Positions 1 to 11,762 of a DNA stretch of 64,000 nucleotides are shown piece by piece (position 1 is the first letter of the stretch; each line of letters begins with the position of its first letter). The notes beneath the pieces are model-generated. The model worked only from the letters and a program-made list of their open reading frames with translations, did no database searches and was not told the DNA's origin. Source of the DNA: Takakia lepidozioides (taxonomy: Eukaryota; Plantae; Bryophyta); assembly GCA_030704615.1 (NCBI GenBank), contig CM060733.1:14880001-14944000 (forward strand). Reading direction: 5' to 3'. The translations under genes and the position numbers were made by a program.

Positions 1-3000
1 ATTAGACGCACCCGCAAAATTATGCTCGTTATTTTTAGTAAAATATTTTTTATTCAAAATTTATAACGTTAAAAAAAAACTCTTTTATGTATTTTAACTT
101 GAAAAAATTTCTGCAATTTCCAAATGCTGACGGTCGCACTAATTTTTCCTTAAAAAAATAGAAGCGACTGCCAAAATTTGGCCGTCACATCTACTTTTGT
201 TTTAATATTGATTTTAGAATTTACTTGTAATCGTTAATTTTTTGACGATTGCATATTTTTTATTTTTATTATTTACACCGCGTCGTAATTTCTGGCTGTC
301 GCAAGCGTCCGGTCCTACGCGACCTACCGTGACGTTCCTCACCTTGGATGCAGTATCTTAGTGCACTGCACCGTCCTGTTGATGCATTAAAGGTAGTGTA
401 TTGCACATTTCGTGGATGTTGTATATGAAGTGGAGAAAAGAGCCTAAGAGGATAAATTGTTTCAAGGTCACTGATTACTAACATGATACGATGTTGTTTT
501 TATTGCCGATAAAAAATTTACATCCTGGGATTGTCTGGAGGTTTCTGCACTGCCATTCAGTGGACCTGGACTGCCTAAAGGAGCATTAGTAAACTACCAA
601 ACTCCACCACACGGAAAGATAAGAGATTTCAATATGTTCTCACAGCCTCCGTCTACAAAGTGAGCAAGATGCATTCATTTACAGCCACGTATCGATGCAA
701 TCGTTGTGGAAACCCCAGTCCAGCTATTATTATCATCATCCTCTACCACCTGTGAACTCTTCCTCTTCGTTATCTTTGTATTTGTCGTCGTCCTCTTCTT
801 CCTCTTTGTTTTATATCAATGAACCCCCAATCGTCAAAGCGGATCCAACTCTCCAACTCTCCAACTCTCCAGGTCTAGCCAATTCCTTCCCTGTTGCATG
901 AGGGGAACATCCATCCTCGTCATCCTTATTGTTTGAATCAGAGTCTATGTCTATGAGTCAGGAACATCCCAACAGCCAAATGACATGGACATAGACTCTG
1001 ACTCAGGCGAGAAGGATGACGAAGAAGGATGTTTCCCTCAGGTCAACATGACGGAATTAGCCAGACCTGGAGGGTTGGCCAGCTTAGATCATTTGGTCAT
1101 GAGAAGTCAACTCAGACAGGATGCTTTTTTTTTTTTTTTTTTTGTGTCGAACGTCTCTATCAAGTTCAAGGTTGCAATGAGATTTGAGGAGTTGGGTGTT
1201 TGTTTTGTTAGCTTTTAGACTCAAGAAGATTTATGCAGATTTCCAAGAATTGTCAGCCCACATTTCCCATGCGGTCATCTTGCGTCTTCTTGAAAATGTT
1301 GCAACGGAAAGAAGAAGGGTAGGACAAAGTGGGGGTGTACAAAATCCAGCGAGGAGAGACAATTACAGTCGACATGGGCGACCTCAAGTATTTCTACACA
1401 ATGGATGAAGAGGAGCAATGAGCAGTGGTTTTGTGCCATATATTGTTAGGTTTCGTGTACAGGCTGGTGTTGAAGACCTGACACCACACAAGAAGCCGCT
1501 ATTAAGGGGAGGGTGTTGTGGATTGGGGTACCATGTAGATATGGGAGATGGATGGGTACAAAAGTTTCTGAAACTCATCCCAGAAAGTATGAGGGGGCAT
1601 AATAGTGGTAGACCCCTCTAAGGGGATTTTGGAGGATGAGGTCCGCATCTATGCAGATTGATGTGGGTTAGAGCTTTCAGACTTTCCTACTTTCAGTAAA
1701 GACCTGGTGTGATGAATTTCATGCACAGGGTCATAGTATTTCCCAGCCTCTCATTTTGTGCCTCCATATTGCGGATTGTGGATATATTTGTGAAAAAATT
1801 TAAAAGTAAAAAAAATGTCACTTTGGATGCCACGTCGTTTTACTTGGTTTTATTTTTAATGCAGGCGACTGCAATATCGGCGGCTCGACAAATTTTTTTT
1901 AATAACAAAGCGTGTTTGTTGACGACCTCCTGCACCTGTCACAACGACACAAATCTTTAGATATGACAGATGAATATAATCACTTTATTCGTAGAGGTGG
2001 TAGGGAGGGTGCCGCCGATAATTCATGGTATAAAGAATGAGGTCGTGTTTTTGGGACCTTCCCTATTGGAAGGTGATGCAACCTGGATATTGCATTTTGT
2101 TACCATCAATTCATTAGGATTTTTTCTGCTACTTATATATGTCCACATGTGTTGTTTGTTTGATTTTACATGAGAATGTATACATGTGTACTTGCAGGGC
2201 CTACCAATACGACATACATTGGCTCCTATGCATTGCGAAAATAACCTATGTGAGAATGTCATCAGAACTATTTTTGAAAATAACGACACCGGACAAAGTA
2301 CGAATCAAACCACATCTATGGCTTCAACACCGTCAAACACCCAGAGATCCTGAGAAGATGATAATGCCTCATGCATCATATGGGTTTTTTCGTGATGAAC
2401 TGAATACTTTCATATCGACATTGCGGACATTGAAAATACACATAAGATGCATTAGAGCTTAATGAAGTCCTGAACCCATTGCTTCTCCAATGAGATATGA
2501 TATCCCCAGTCCACAGACCCTTCGCCATCAAACCTTGATGACACGTGCTTGTATGTTCTGAGTATGATGCGATCCACAACTCCAAGGTAGATATGCCACA
2601 AAATAAACTGTCATCTGCTCGTCATCATCCATAGTGTAGGCATACTCCAAGCCACCCAGCTCAACGGTAATACAACGGGTCTGTCCTTAATATGATACTT
2701 CCACGCACGTCTTGCCCTTAGTAGGAGTCTATCTTCGACTGTGTGGTCAACTCTAGGAGCGACATTATGCGCCTCAGCCAATTTTCAGAAAAATATGTGC
2801 TAAGATGTAGGGACTTTCGGATCTCCCTAAATTGAGGGAAGGTGTGGTCACGATCTTGTGTATTTTGAGCAAAAAAATTTCTCCTTTTTTTTGATGTAAT
2901 GACTCACTTTGTCGTCCATTTAGTAGACGAGATAGATATGTGTAGGTCAGTAAATGCTAGATGGTGATACCCAATGAACTGATATTACATAAAAAACCTT

Positions 3001-4230
3001 AAGGACTATGTTCGTAACAAGACAAGACCCAAATGAGGTTGGACTTCCGAATACACCATAGACGAAACCTCGGGTTTTTGTACCGAGTCCATTATGCAAT
3101 ACCAACATACACATCGTCGTGTATGGGATCAAAATGAGGATAATAGCATTACTGGGGAGGTGTTGGAGGGCCATGCATCGAGAAAGCCTCTTTTCACTGT
3201 CATGGAAGATGCAGCCTACACATTTATACTTCATAATTTAGTTAAGATTGCTCTATATTTGCGGTACGTCGTTTCTTGGAGGTTTTGTTTGTGTGATATA
3301 AACATTTGCTGAGTGTGGTAGTGGCTGTGGAAACTTCTTGGTGGCTAAGATCCGATTTTGGGAATGACATGTTATAATGACAGAGAATATGAGATCGAGA
3401 GAGCCAGCATTACTTGCAAAGAGACAAGCATTTTTAGAAGACCATCATGGAGATAATCGGCGCGGTAGACATGTGAAGTATCCGTTGCACCCTTTATTAC
3501 CAATATCCTTTGAGGAGTGGTGTAGATTGCTAATAGTACATTTTTTATTATTATTTTCGATAGTTTTTTATCTGGAGGCAAGCGGTTTAAATCAATATTA
3601 ACGGTCGCAACATTTTATGAATGCATATTGGCGTTTGCATGTTTCATCTATTTTTTTTTTAAATTTATTTGTGTGATCGCCAATAATGACTTGTTTTTCT
3701 CTTTTTAAAAAATATTTGCGATCGCCAATAGACCACCAATATTGGCGGTCGTATGTTTTTTCATTATTTTTAAAATACGTACGATTTGACAAGCTTGAAA
3801 GTTACACGCATTAAAGAAAAAAAAAAAACAAACAAACGTGACTATCGTATATTTTTGTAAAAAAAATATCTGTGATTGTGGGCGTACGCATTAAGAAAGA
3901 AACACTTTAAGGTTTAGTTTTTTCGTTTTGGTTTGTTTTTGGTTAGTTTTTAATTAATTTTAGTTTTTATATTTTATTTTTTCTTATTTCCTTGTGATCG
4001 TCAATACTGGCGGTCGCATGCTTTTTCATTATTTAAAAACTCGTGCGACTGCCAATTTATTTTTTCTGTTTTTGTTTCCATCTAAAGTATGTCTGCTACC
4101 GCAAATATTGGCCGTCTTACGCTTTTTTATTTTTCTGAAAATGCGTGCGACCGCCAATATTTACAATTGCATGCATTAAAAAAATTGAAATTTACGGACC
4201 GTCAATATTGGCGGTCCCATATATATGTGT
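1..4230 (+). mobile_element. Degenerate CACTA (En/Spm) DNA transposon remnant: Tnp2/DUF4218-type transposase fragments plus subterminal palindromic repeats
   Basis: Manual translation on +: ~2210 RHTLAPMHCENNLCENVIRTIF; ~2300 RIKPHLWLQ...MPHASY; ~2890 FFDVMTHFVVHLVDEIDMCRSVNARW*YPM...LKDYVRNKTRP; 3094 QYQHTHRRVWDQNEDNSITGEVLEG. These match recalled CACTA transposase motifs (HxLDVMHCEKN, FFDIMTHLxVHLV..RWMYP..YVRN.ARPEG). Many stops and frameshifts. No intact CACTA terminus seen. Confidence 0.8.
3590..4220. repeat. Cluster of subterminal palindromic motifs (consensus GCGACCGCCAATATTGGCGGTCGC); similar copies at 1-250 and ~1865
   Basis: Examples: gaccaccaatattggcggtc (~3732), gatcgtcaatactggcggtcgc (~3997), gaccgtcaatattggcggtc (~4197), in AT-rich spacers. 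This resembles CACTA subterminal repeats. Confidence 0.7.
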
Positions 4231-4451
4231 TCTTAGTTTCAAAAAACAGTAAAAGTTTATCCACGTGGTCAGTCTACCTGGGGGGTCATCTCGGTATCCA
4301 GGATAAATAATCAAGATTAAAGATAAAAATAAAAAATTAATTACACATATGAGACTTATATGATGACATTACCAAAACATGCCTATAGTAAGCTAGGGGA
4401 GACCTTCATAGTTATACGTTCTCAAAATATCAGTAGTAGTTTATTACAAAC

Positions 4452-4951
4452 NNNNNNNNNNNNNNNNNNNNNNNNNNNNNNNNNNNNNNNNNNNNNNNNN
4501 NNNNNNNNNNNNNNNNNNNNNNNNNNNNNNNNNNNNNNNNNNNNNNNNNNNNNNNNNNNNNNNNNNNNNNNNNNNNNNNNNNNNNNNNNNNNNNNNNNNN
4601 NNNNNNNNNNNNNNNNNNNNNNNNNNNNNNNNNNNNNNNNNNNNNNNNNNNNNNNNNNNNNNNNNNNNNNNNNNNNNNNNNNNNNNNNNNNNNNNNNNNN
4701 NNNNNNNNNNNNNNNNNNNNNNNNNNNNNNNNNNNNNNNNNNNNNNNNNNNNNNNNNNNNNNNNNNNNNNNNNNNNNNNNNNNNNNNNNNNNNNNNNNNN
4801 NNNNNNNNNNNNNNNNNNNNNNNNNNNNNNNNNNNNNNNNNNNNNNNNNNNNNNNNNNNNNNNNNNNNNNNNNNNNNNNNNNNNNNNNNNNNNNNNNNNN
4901 NNNNNNNNNNNNNNNNNNNNNNNNNNNNNNNNNNNNNNNNNNNNNNNNNNN
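4452..4951. other. Assembly gap (500 N)
   Basis: Run of N. Confidence 1.
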
Positions 4952-5439
4952 CCGAATCAGAACCTTCCGTGGAGACACAGGAGGTGAAGGTGGCCTAAAC
5001 CGCACACCTCGGCTCGGTACCCACTAGGATCACTAGTGCTCGAAACCGGCACTGTCCCCAGCAACTAGGGCACCTCCTGTGACACTCAACCGGTCATGAA
5101 CATGTCCCTAACCCCTCTTCACAAGGTAACCGGGTCGAGAACCTGTTGCGGCTTATGGTGTGGATATTACAAAGTCCTAACATAGCCTACACCTGTACCT
5201 GCATCCACCACAAGCACTCCTATGGTTGGATGCGTCATCAACCCAACCTCACCACAGAGAAACAATGAGTCTGGCTGGTCATCACCCCAGTCTCACCATC
5301 GACATCATTGCTCTAGGACTGGCCGGTGATCAAATCCGGACCAATCACTATTAAAAACAAGCGCCCACACAACACTATCATGGCGCACAGTCAAGCATGC
5401 AGGTATGGAGGGATCCAAACACAAGAAATCAGATCGAAA

Positions 5440-8400
5440 AACTCCCCACACCAAAAACAACTCCACGTGTTGCTCCTGCAGGACACCCAGCCCAAACCCA
5501 GACTGACTATTGCTTCTTGTCTCCACCTACGGAAAGGTCTTGGCCTAATGAGAGGGTGGAAACTACGAGGAAGAGAAGCTAAAGCAATGCCTAACCCAGC
5601 ATGCTCTCATCCAACACTCTGGACTTCTCTCTATCCTCACTTGCATGACCATGGGAATATCATGAGATACTCCTCAAAACCGCCCTCCACGAGCTTCAAA
5701 ATTCGGCCTTCCAGACCACATGCCAGTCCTTAGGCAGTCCACCCGTGCCTGCACGCGTAAGCACAGGCCGTCCACAGGTCAACACGGGCCACCATAGACC
5801 AGCACAGGCCCACAACAGCTCACTGGTCACAGCCGTTCACAGTCCCACAGGCACTGGGCACAGCCTGTCGCAGCCCCTCCACAGCCTGTCACAGCCTCAA
5901 AGGCAAAGGCACGGCCTGTCACAGCACCTCACAGCCCTCACAGCCCCAAAGGCCCATGGGAACGCCTGTCACAGCCCCCACAGCCCGGTCACGCAAAGGC
6001 CTCAGGCACGGCCTGTCACAGCCCCCTCACAGCCCCACAGCCTCAAAGGCCTCAGGCCACGGCCTGTCCAGCCCTCACAGCCGTCACAGCCCCAAAGGCC
6101 ATGGGCACGGCCTGTCACAGCCCTCACAGCCGTCACAGCCCCAAAGGCCTCAGGCACGGCCTGTCACAGCCCCTCACAGCCAGTCACAGCCCTCACAGGG
6201 GCACGGGCACAGCCTGTCACAGCCAGCACAGCCCATCACAGCCTGTCACAGCTTGCCACAGCCCATCACAGCCAGTCACAGCCTCAAAGGCCTAGGGCAC
6301 GGCCTGTCACAGCCCCTCACACCCCTCACAGCCTCAAAGGCCTCAGGCACGGCCTGTCACAGCCCGTCACAGCCCGTCACAGCCCCAAAGGCCATGGGCA
6401 CGGCCTGTCACAGCCCGTCACAGCCCGTCACAGCCCCAAAGGCCCCAGGCACGGCCTGTCACAGCCCCTCACAGCCCGTCACAGCCCCAAAGGCCATGGG
6501 CACAGCCTGTCACAGCCTGACACAGCCGTCACAGCCCCAGGGCACAGGGCACAGCCTGTCACAGCCCATCACAGCCGTCACAGCTTGCCACAGCCTGTCA
6601 CAGCCCGTCAAAGCCCCACAGGCCAGGGGCACAGCCCGTCACAGCCCGTCACAGCTCGCCACAGCCTGACACAGCCCGTCACAGCCCCACAGGGCACAGG
6701 GCACAGCCATGTCACAGCCCCTCACAGCCCGTCACAGCCCCCAAGGCCTCAGGCACGGCCTGTCACAGCCCGTCACAGCCCCAAAGGCCACTGGGCACAG
6801 CCTGTCACAGCCTGACACAGCCCGTCACAGCCCCACAGGGCACAGGGCACAGCCTGTCACAGCCCATCACAGCCCATCACAGCCTGTCACAGCTTGCCAC
6901 AGCCTGTCACAGCCCGTCACAGCCCCCGAGGCCACTGGGCCACAGCCTGTCACAGCCCGTCACAGCCCCACAGGCCTCAGGGCACAGCCTGTCACAGCCC
7001 TGCACAGCCCGTCACAGCTCGCCACAGCCTGACACAGCCCGTCCACAGCCCACAGGGCACAGGGCACAGCCTGTCACAGCCCATCACAGCCCATCACAGC
7101 CTGTCACAGCCCGTCACAGCCCCAGAGGCCACTGGGCACAGCCTGTCACAGCCCGTCACAGCCCCAAAGGCCATGGGCACGGCCTGTCACAGCCCCTCAC
7201 AGCCCGTTCACAGCCCCAAAGGCCATGGGCACAGCCTGTCACAGCTCGCCACAGCCTGTCACAGCCCGTCACAGCCCCATAGGCCTCAGGGCACAGCCTG
7301 TCACAGCCCCGCACAGCCGCTCTGGCAGTTTAGCCATTTCTCCAAGGGGTTTAGCCACGCCAAGCTAGGGTTTGTGTCTCTTGGACTCTAGGCTTCTTTC
7401 CACCGAGCTATGGTGGCTGTGAGGAAATCAGCAAGGTATCCTTGCTCTTTCGGCTCCCACACACCACCATAGTAGCCCTAAGCCATGAGGTGGTTGCCAC
7501 AAACCAAGCCTTCTTTCTCACTTAGCCTCCCCAAACACGCCACTAAACTCAATGGCAAACAACCAAGCCCTGCTGGTTCCCAGCCCTTGTGAGCACTCAT
7601 TCAAGCACTCTCATTGGCCATAACATCTGTCTTAGAGCCCATTCCAGCCCTCTACACCTGTTGCTTCAAGAGTTGCGCTCCCTTCAAGCTTGAAGTTGAA
7701 ACCCCAACTCACATAGGCCCTACAAGTGCTTTTCTTTCACTCCAAGTGGAAACCAGCCCCTTCCTTCCTTCCTTGCACTCCCACACCTAAAAGTGCAAGC
7801 CTTCACCAGGCTGATAGCATGCTCCACACATACATTGCCCTCACATAAGGGAAGTCAGCCCTTCCCTCTTCCTTGCTTGCCCTCCAAGCTTGAAGATGGA
7901 AGCTTCAATGAGCTGAATACATGCTCCACACATGCAACCTCTTCACACAAGAGATATCAGCCCCCTATCTTGGCTCCTTGGCTCCTTGATGCTCTCTAAG
8001 ACAAGACTAAGCACTCCACAGCCTTTGCCAAGCTCCTGAAACCCTAAGGCTTACATTTCCAGCCACAAGACAATTCTCTTGTGGTGCAAGAGCTCTTCTT
8101 CCGAGCTCTGAAACCCTAGGTGCACATTCCATGGCCTTGCCGCACCTCTTAGCTCCTGTTCCAGCCCTGCTCTTGCCATGACAAGAGCCCTCTCAATGCT
8201 GAAGCTCGAGATTGAAACCCAATCTCACCATACTCCACAAAGTGCATTGATTTGCCCCAAGTCAAATCAGCCCTTTCGCTTGGTCTTGCAATCCTTCACA
8301 CAATGAAAGCTCGCATTCCCAAGTCCAGTTCTCAGCTTTGCCACCAAAGCCACTATAACCTGCTCTTGACTGGTCCTCTTCCCAATCGTGCTTGCTCATG

Positions 8401-10950
8401 CATGTACACAATCTGGAACCATCAAGGTGCTCTGGAATTACCTGCAGCATGGTGCTTTCATCTCTGAAGCTGAAGATCGAATGCCAAGGTCTACCACCTC
8501 GTAACCCACATCGCCTCCGCTTCTAACAACTAAGAGCTCCACGGTGCTCCTTGCATAACAACTTGGTTTCTCTCATTCTCAAGCAAAAACCACAAGTGCT
8601 ACAACTAACTCGTATCTGGCACTCACAGATACGAGCTAATCTTTCTCGAGTGATAAAGAAGGAGAATACAAGCACAAGCTCATGCGAGCTCACAAAGCTG
8701 AAGCATAAACTCATGCATATATAACCTCATCACTCAAATACAAGTCAAGCCAAGTGCACCCCACGCCATGGGGAATCCACACTATGGCACCATAGCTAGG
8801 CGCGGTGAGGCTCAACTCGAGAAAGATGAGCCTCCCGCGCTTGCCGTGAAGATAACCACTCCAGGGCCTAAATCTGCCTTGACCCCTGGATTGACACTTG
8901 GGCCAATCCCAAATGTCAATATGTAAAAGATAGCTATTTCCTAGCTAGTTTCACACTAGTGGTAAAATAACTTGACAAAGACAACAACTCCCCCACACCA
9001 AAAATACTCCATAGTGTCGCTCCTACAATGACACCCCAGCCCAAACCCATACTGACTCTTGCCTCCACCTACGGAAAGGTTTTGGCCTACAGAGAGGATG
9101 AAAGACTACAAAGAAGAGAGACTAAACCAACTCCTAATCCCAGCATGCTGTCATCCCACTACCCTATCTCCACACTATCTTGCTGGTCTCTCAAATAACT
9201 CTCCAGGAGCCCTCAAGATGTCTATCAAACAATCTCACTAAGGCTCCCAATCCTTGCACAATGGGACTCCAAAATAGTATACCAAGGCCCCAAGAGCCTG
9301 CCAAAACTTGGTCCTCGAGGACCCCAAATAGTCCTCCAAAGAACTCCAAATAGTCCTTACCCCAATGTGCAACCAAAAGTGGTCCAACTCAACTTGCAAG
9401 TCATTGTCCACCAAATCAATCCCCCTTCTAGTCCTTGGGATTTGATTGCAAACTACCATATCTCCATTGCCGAACAATCATGCATTTGTCTCCTCATCAC
9501 TTGACAATTGCTCCAAATCAACACAAATTATCTCAATGTGTAGGAGCAATGCTTGTCACTTACAATAATGATCCCAAACAATCCGCCTTGGATCCCACTC
9601 TCACGCCATATGCCTCATTTGGGGTCTTGCACCAATCCATCATCCATGTGCTCCCTTTGGTCATTTGAATGCATGTTCCATGACCTCTTAGCCTATGTGT
9701 TGCTCTCCTTCATCATAACATGAATCAACACCTCTCCACTTCACACACAAATGGATCTCAAGGCCTTCACCTCTTGCTAGTTCAAGAGCTTCCATTCTCA
9801 AACTTGAACTTACAAACTCAAGAAAGCATGCTCCATACATGAACCACTTGCTTGGTCAACTATCCACCACAAAGCTCGCACTACCAAGAGCATGAATAGC
9901 CAAGTATTGCCTCCCCCTCTTGTCACATTATATAGTTAGGGTGAAGCTATGCATACATTGAATGATGATTTCCCTTCAAGGATTTCCCACCATATGTTCT
10001 CCAAGCCCTTCCAATGGCGCCCTAAGCTTGGCTCCACACCACCATGATTGGAAGATTTCTTCACATGCTCCCTTTCAAAACATCTTGAGCTTCTTAGTGC
10101 TCTCCGAGTGCTTGCCTATGTTGTCTTCAAGCCCAAGCATATGTAGCTCCTTGACTTCTCTTCCACAACATCCACACTTTGAACTTGCTTAACTCTAGCT
10201 TGATAGTGAAATGAGCACTAATAAGCCTTTAGTCACTCTCCACAAGCCATGGCACACACCATTGACTCCATAATGCATACAAATGATTCTCAAACCCTAG
10301 AATCCATGCTTCCACACACACAAGACTTCATCCTTGCAATCTTTGCAAAATCTTGTGACTCAAGAGCTTTCTTCTCAAGCTCTCCAACTCCTTGGTGCAT
10401 GCAACACCCGAGTACCCTTCCTTGCAACCCCTTGCAACCCTTGTGATACAAGAGCTAAATTCTCCTAGCTTTCAACATCTTTAACGTACAAGTGCAAAAC
10501 TAATTCTTACACTTCGCACTCACAAGCATAAGGTGATCTTCTTGTAGTGATAAGAGATGAGAAATGAGGAAAGTGGAAAACAATGAAAGCTCTCAAGCAT
10601 GAAGCGATCACACTAAGAACAAGCCGTAATCATTCCAAGTGAAATCTACTCTATCACATAAACTAAGTCAAGCCAAGGGCACCTTTGCTTAAGGAATCCA
10701 CCCTACAAAAGCCCTCAACACACTCCCTCTCAATACCTAGAGCTATGGAGGTGGGAGATGCTCATGGAAGCTCAACTACAAGAAGATGAGCCCTCCTCAG
10801 CACTCACAAGGGGGAAACCCTTTTTTCATGTCCCAAGTGAGGCTTGACACCTCACTTGGCATATGAGACCAAATGAAATCCCAACACACAAAATACAAAT
10901 ATAAATATCCAAAATGTCCTAGTTAACTAGAAGTAAGTAATTCTAGTTAA
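5440..10950. repeat. Two diverged tandem units of an unclassified large repeat (~5440-8900 and ~8985-10900)
   Basis: Both units start ACTCCCCACACCAAAA...CCCAGCCCAAACCC...CTCCACCTACGGAAAGG (5441 vs ~8987). Both end AAGTCAAGCCAAG...GGAATCCAC...GCTCAACT...AAGATGAGCC (~8742-8833 vs ~10665-10792). Confidence 0.7.
5800..7320. repeat. Minisatellite of ~10-bp GTCACAGCC(C/T) units with higher-order ~40-50 bp periodicity (spacer like CCAAAGGCCATGGGCAC)
   Basis: Directly visible tandem array; strongly C/A-rich on +. Confidence 0.95.
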
Positions 10951-11020
10951 CCATGACTGAAACTATGACAAATCGAAGCCCAAGTGTAATTTCTTATGTA
11001 TCGAGGCCCATGTGCGACCT

Positions 11021-11547
11021 CTAGTGTAGCCTATGCCGTTGGCCCATGTGTGAAGAATTGAAATCTAAGCCCAAGTGCAATCTTCTATTCATGTATCCAA
11101 GTGCATCTCCCATGTGCAGGCCCAAGTGTCCAATGTCATTTAAGTCCAAGACAATCCCATTTGATCATTTAATTTTTCAGAGAGCCTACGACCAGATTTG
11201 AACCAGAGACCTTCCCTTGATATCTCTCCCGTCCAGGCTCCAACCATTGTCCAGGAATGCCCACTTTGCCATTTTTGCTATTTTTGTGAATTTCCAGCGA
11301 CCAAAAGTACTTGGAATTCCACATCTCCCACACCGCAGGTCCAAAAATCATGAGACCAAGCCCCTGCACCCCTCCTCATCGAGGGCTTTCCAAACAGACC
11401 AGGCACTAGGTCTAGGGCCTCGCGGTTTGGGACATCTCACCGCGACAAAACAAACAAACAAACAAATTAACATACATACATACAAACAAACAAATTAACA
11501 TACATACATACAAACAAACAAACAAATCGTCTTAATTCATATATTGA
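11021..11547 (-). mobile_element. Non-autonomous Helitron-like end (5' TC terminus plus TTTG/TATG microsatellite)
   Basis: The minus strand from 11547 reads TCAATATATGAATTAAGACGAT(TTGT)n(ATGT)n, the usual 5' architecture of non-autonomous Helitrons. A ...GGCATAGGCTACACTAG 3'-end-like motif ends at 11021. The 5' junction falls at an A|T of the adjacent SINE. Confidence 0.55.
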
Positions 11548-11762
11548 TAGTGCACTATGTCACCCAAATCACTCTAGGGTCAAATCCTACTACCATGACG
11601 GGTGTGATATGTTGTTCTCCTCCTTCCCTTGGGCGGTGTCCCATTCGGACGCCTTCATGGCGAGGTCATTGTGAAAGAGGTTATTCCTCTCACTATGAAG
11701 GGGCCTGATTTGTGAGCTGTCGCCCCAAATGTTCCCATAAAAAAAGAAAAAAAAAGAAAAAA
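11548..11762 (+). mobile_element. tRNA-derived SINE, copy 1 (A-box lost at the Helitron-like junction)
   Basis: Aligns with copies at 26418 and 51473: TAGTGCACT...GGGTCAAATCCT...GGGCGGTGTCCCAT...GTGAAAGAGGTTAT...TTTGTGAGCTGTCGC plus A-rich tail. Confidence 0.8.

Noticed and set aside
4360-5005. ORFs spanning the N run
   Set aside because: Gap artefacts.
5800-7320. CRISPR-like repeat/spacer array
   Set aside because: The spacers are themselves repeated, the context is eukaryotic, and there are no cas genes.
5745-7391. Long ORFs (356, 237 and 165 aa) rich in QPVTARHS
   Set aside because: Artefact of a stop-poor 10-bp tandem repeat; the same peptide appears in all three frames.
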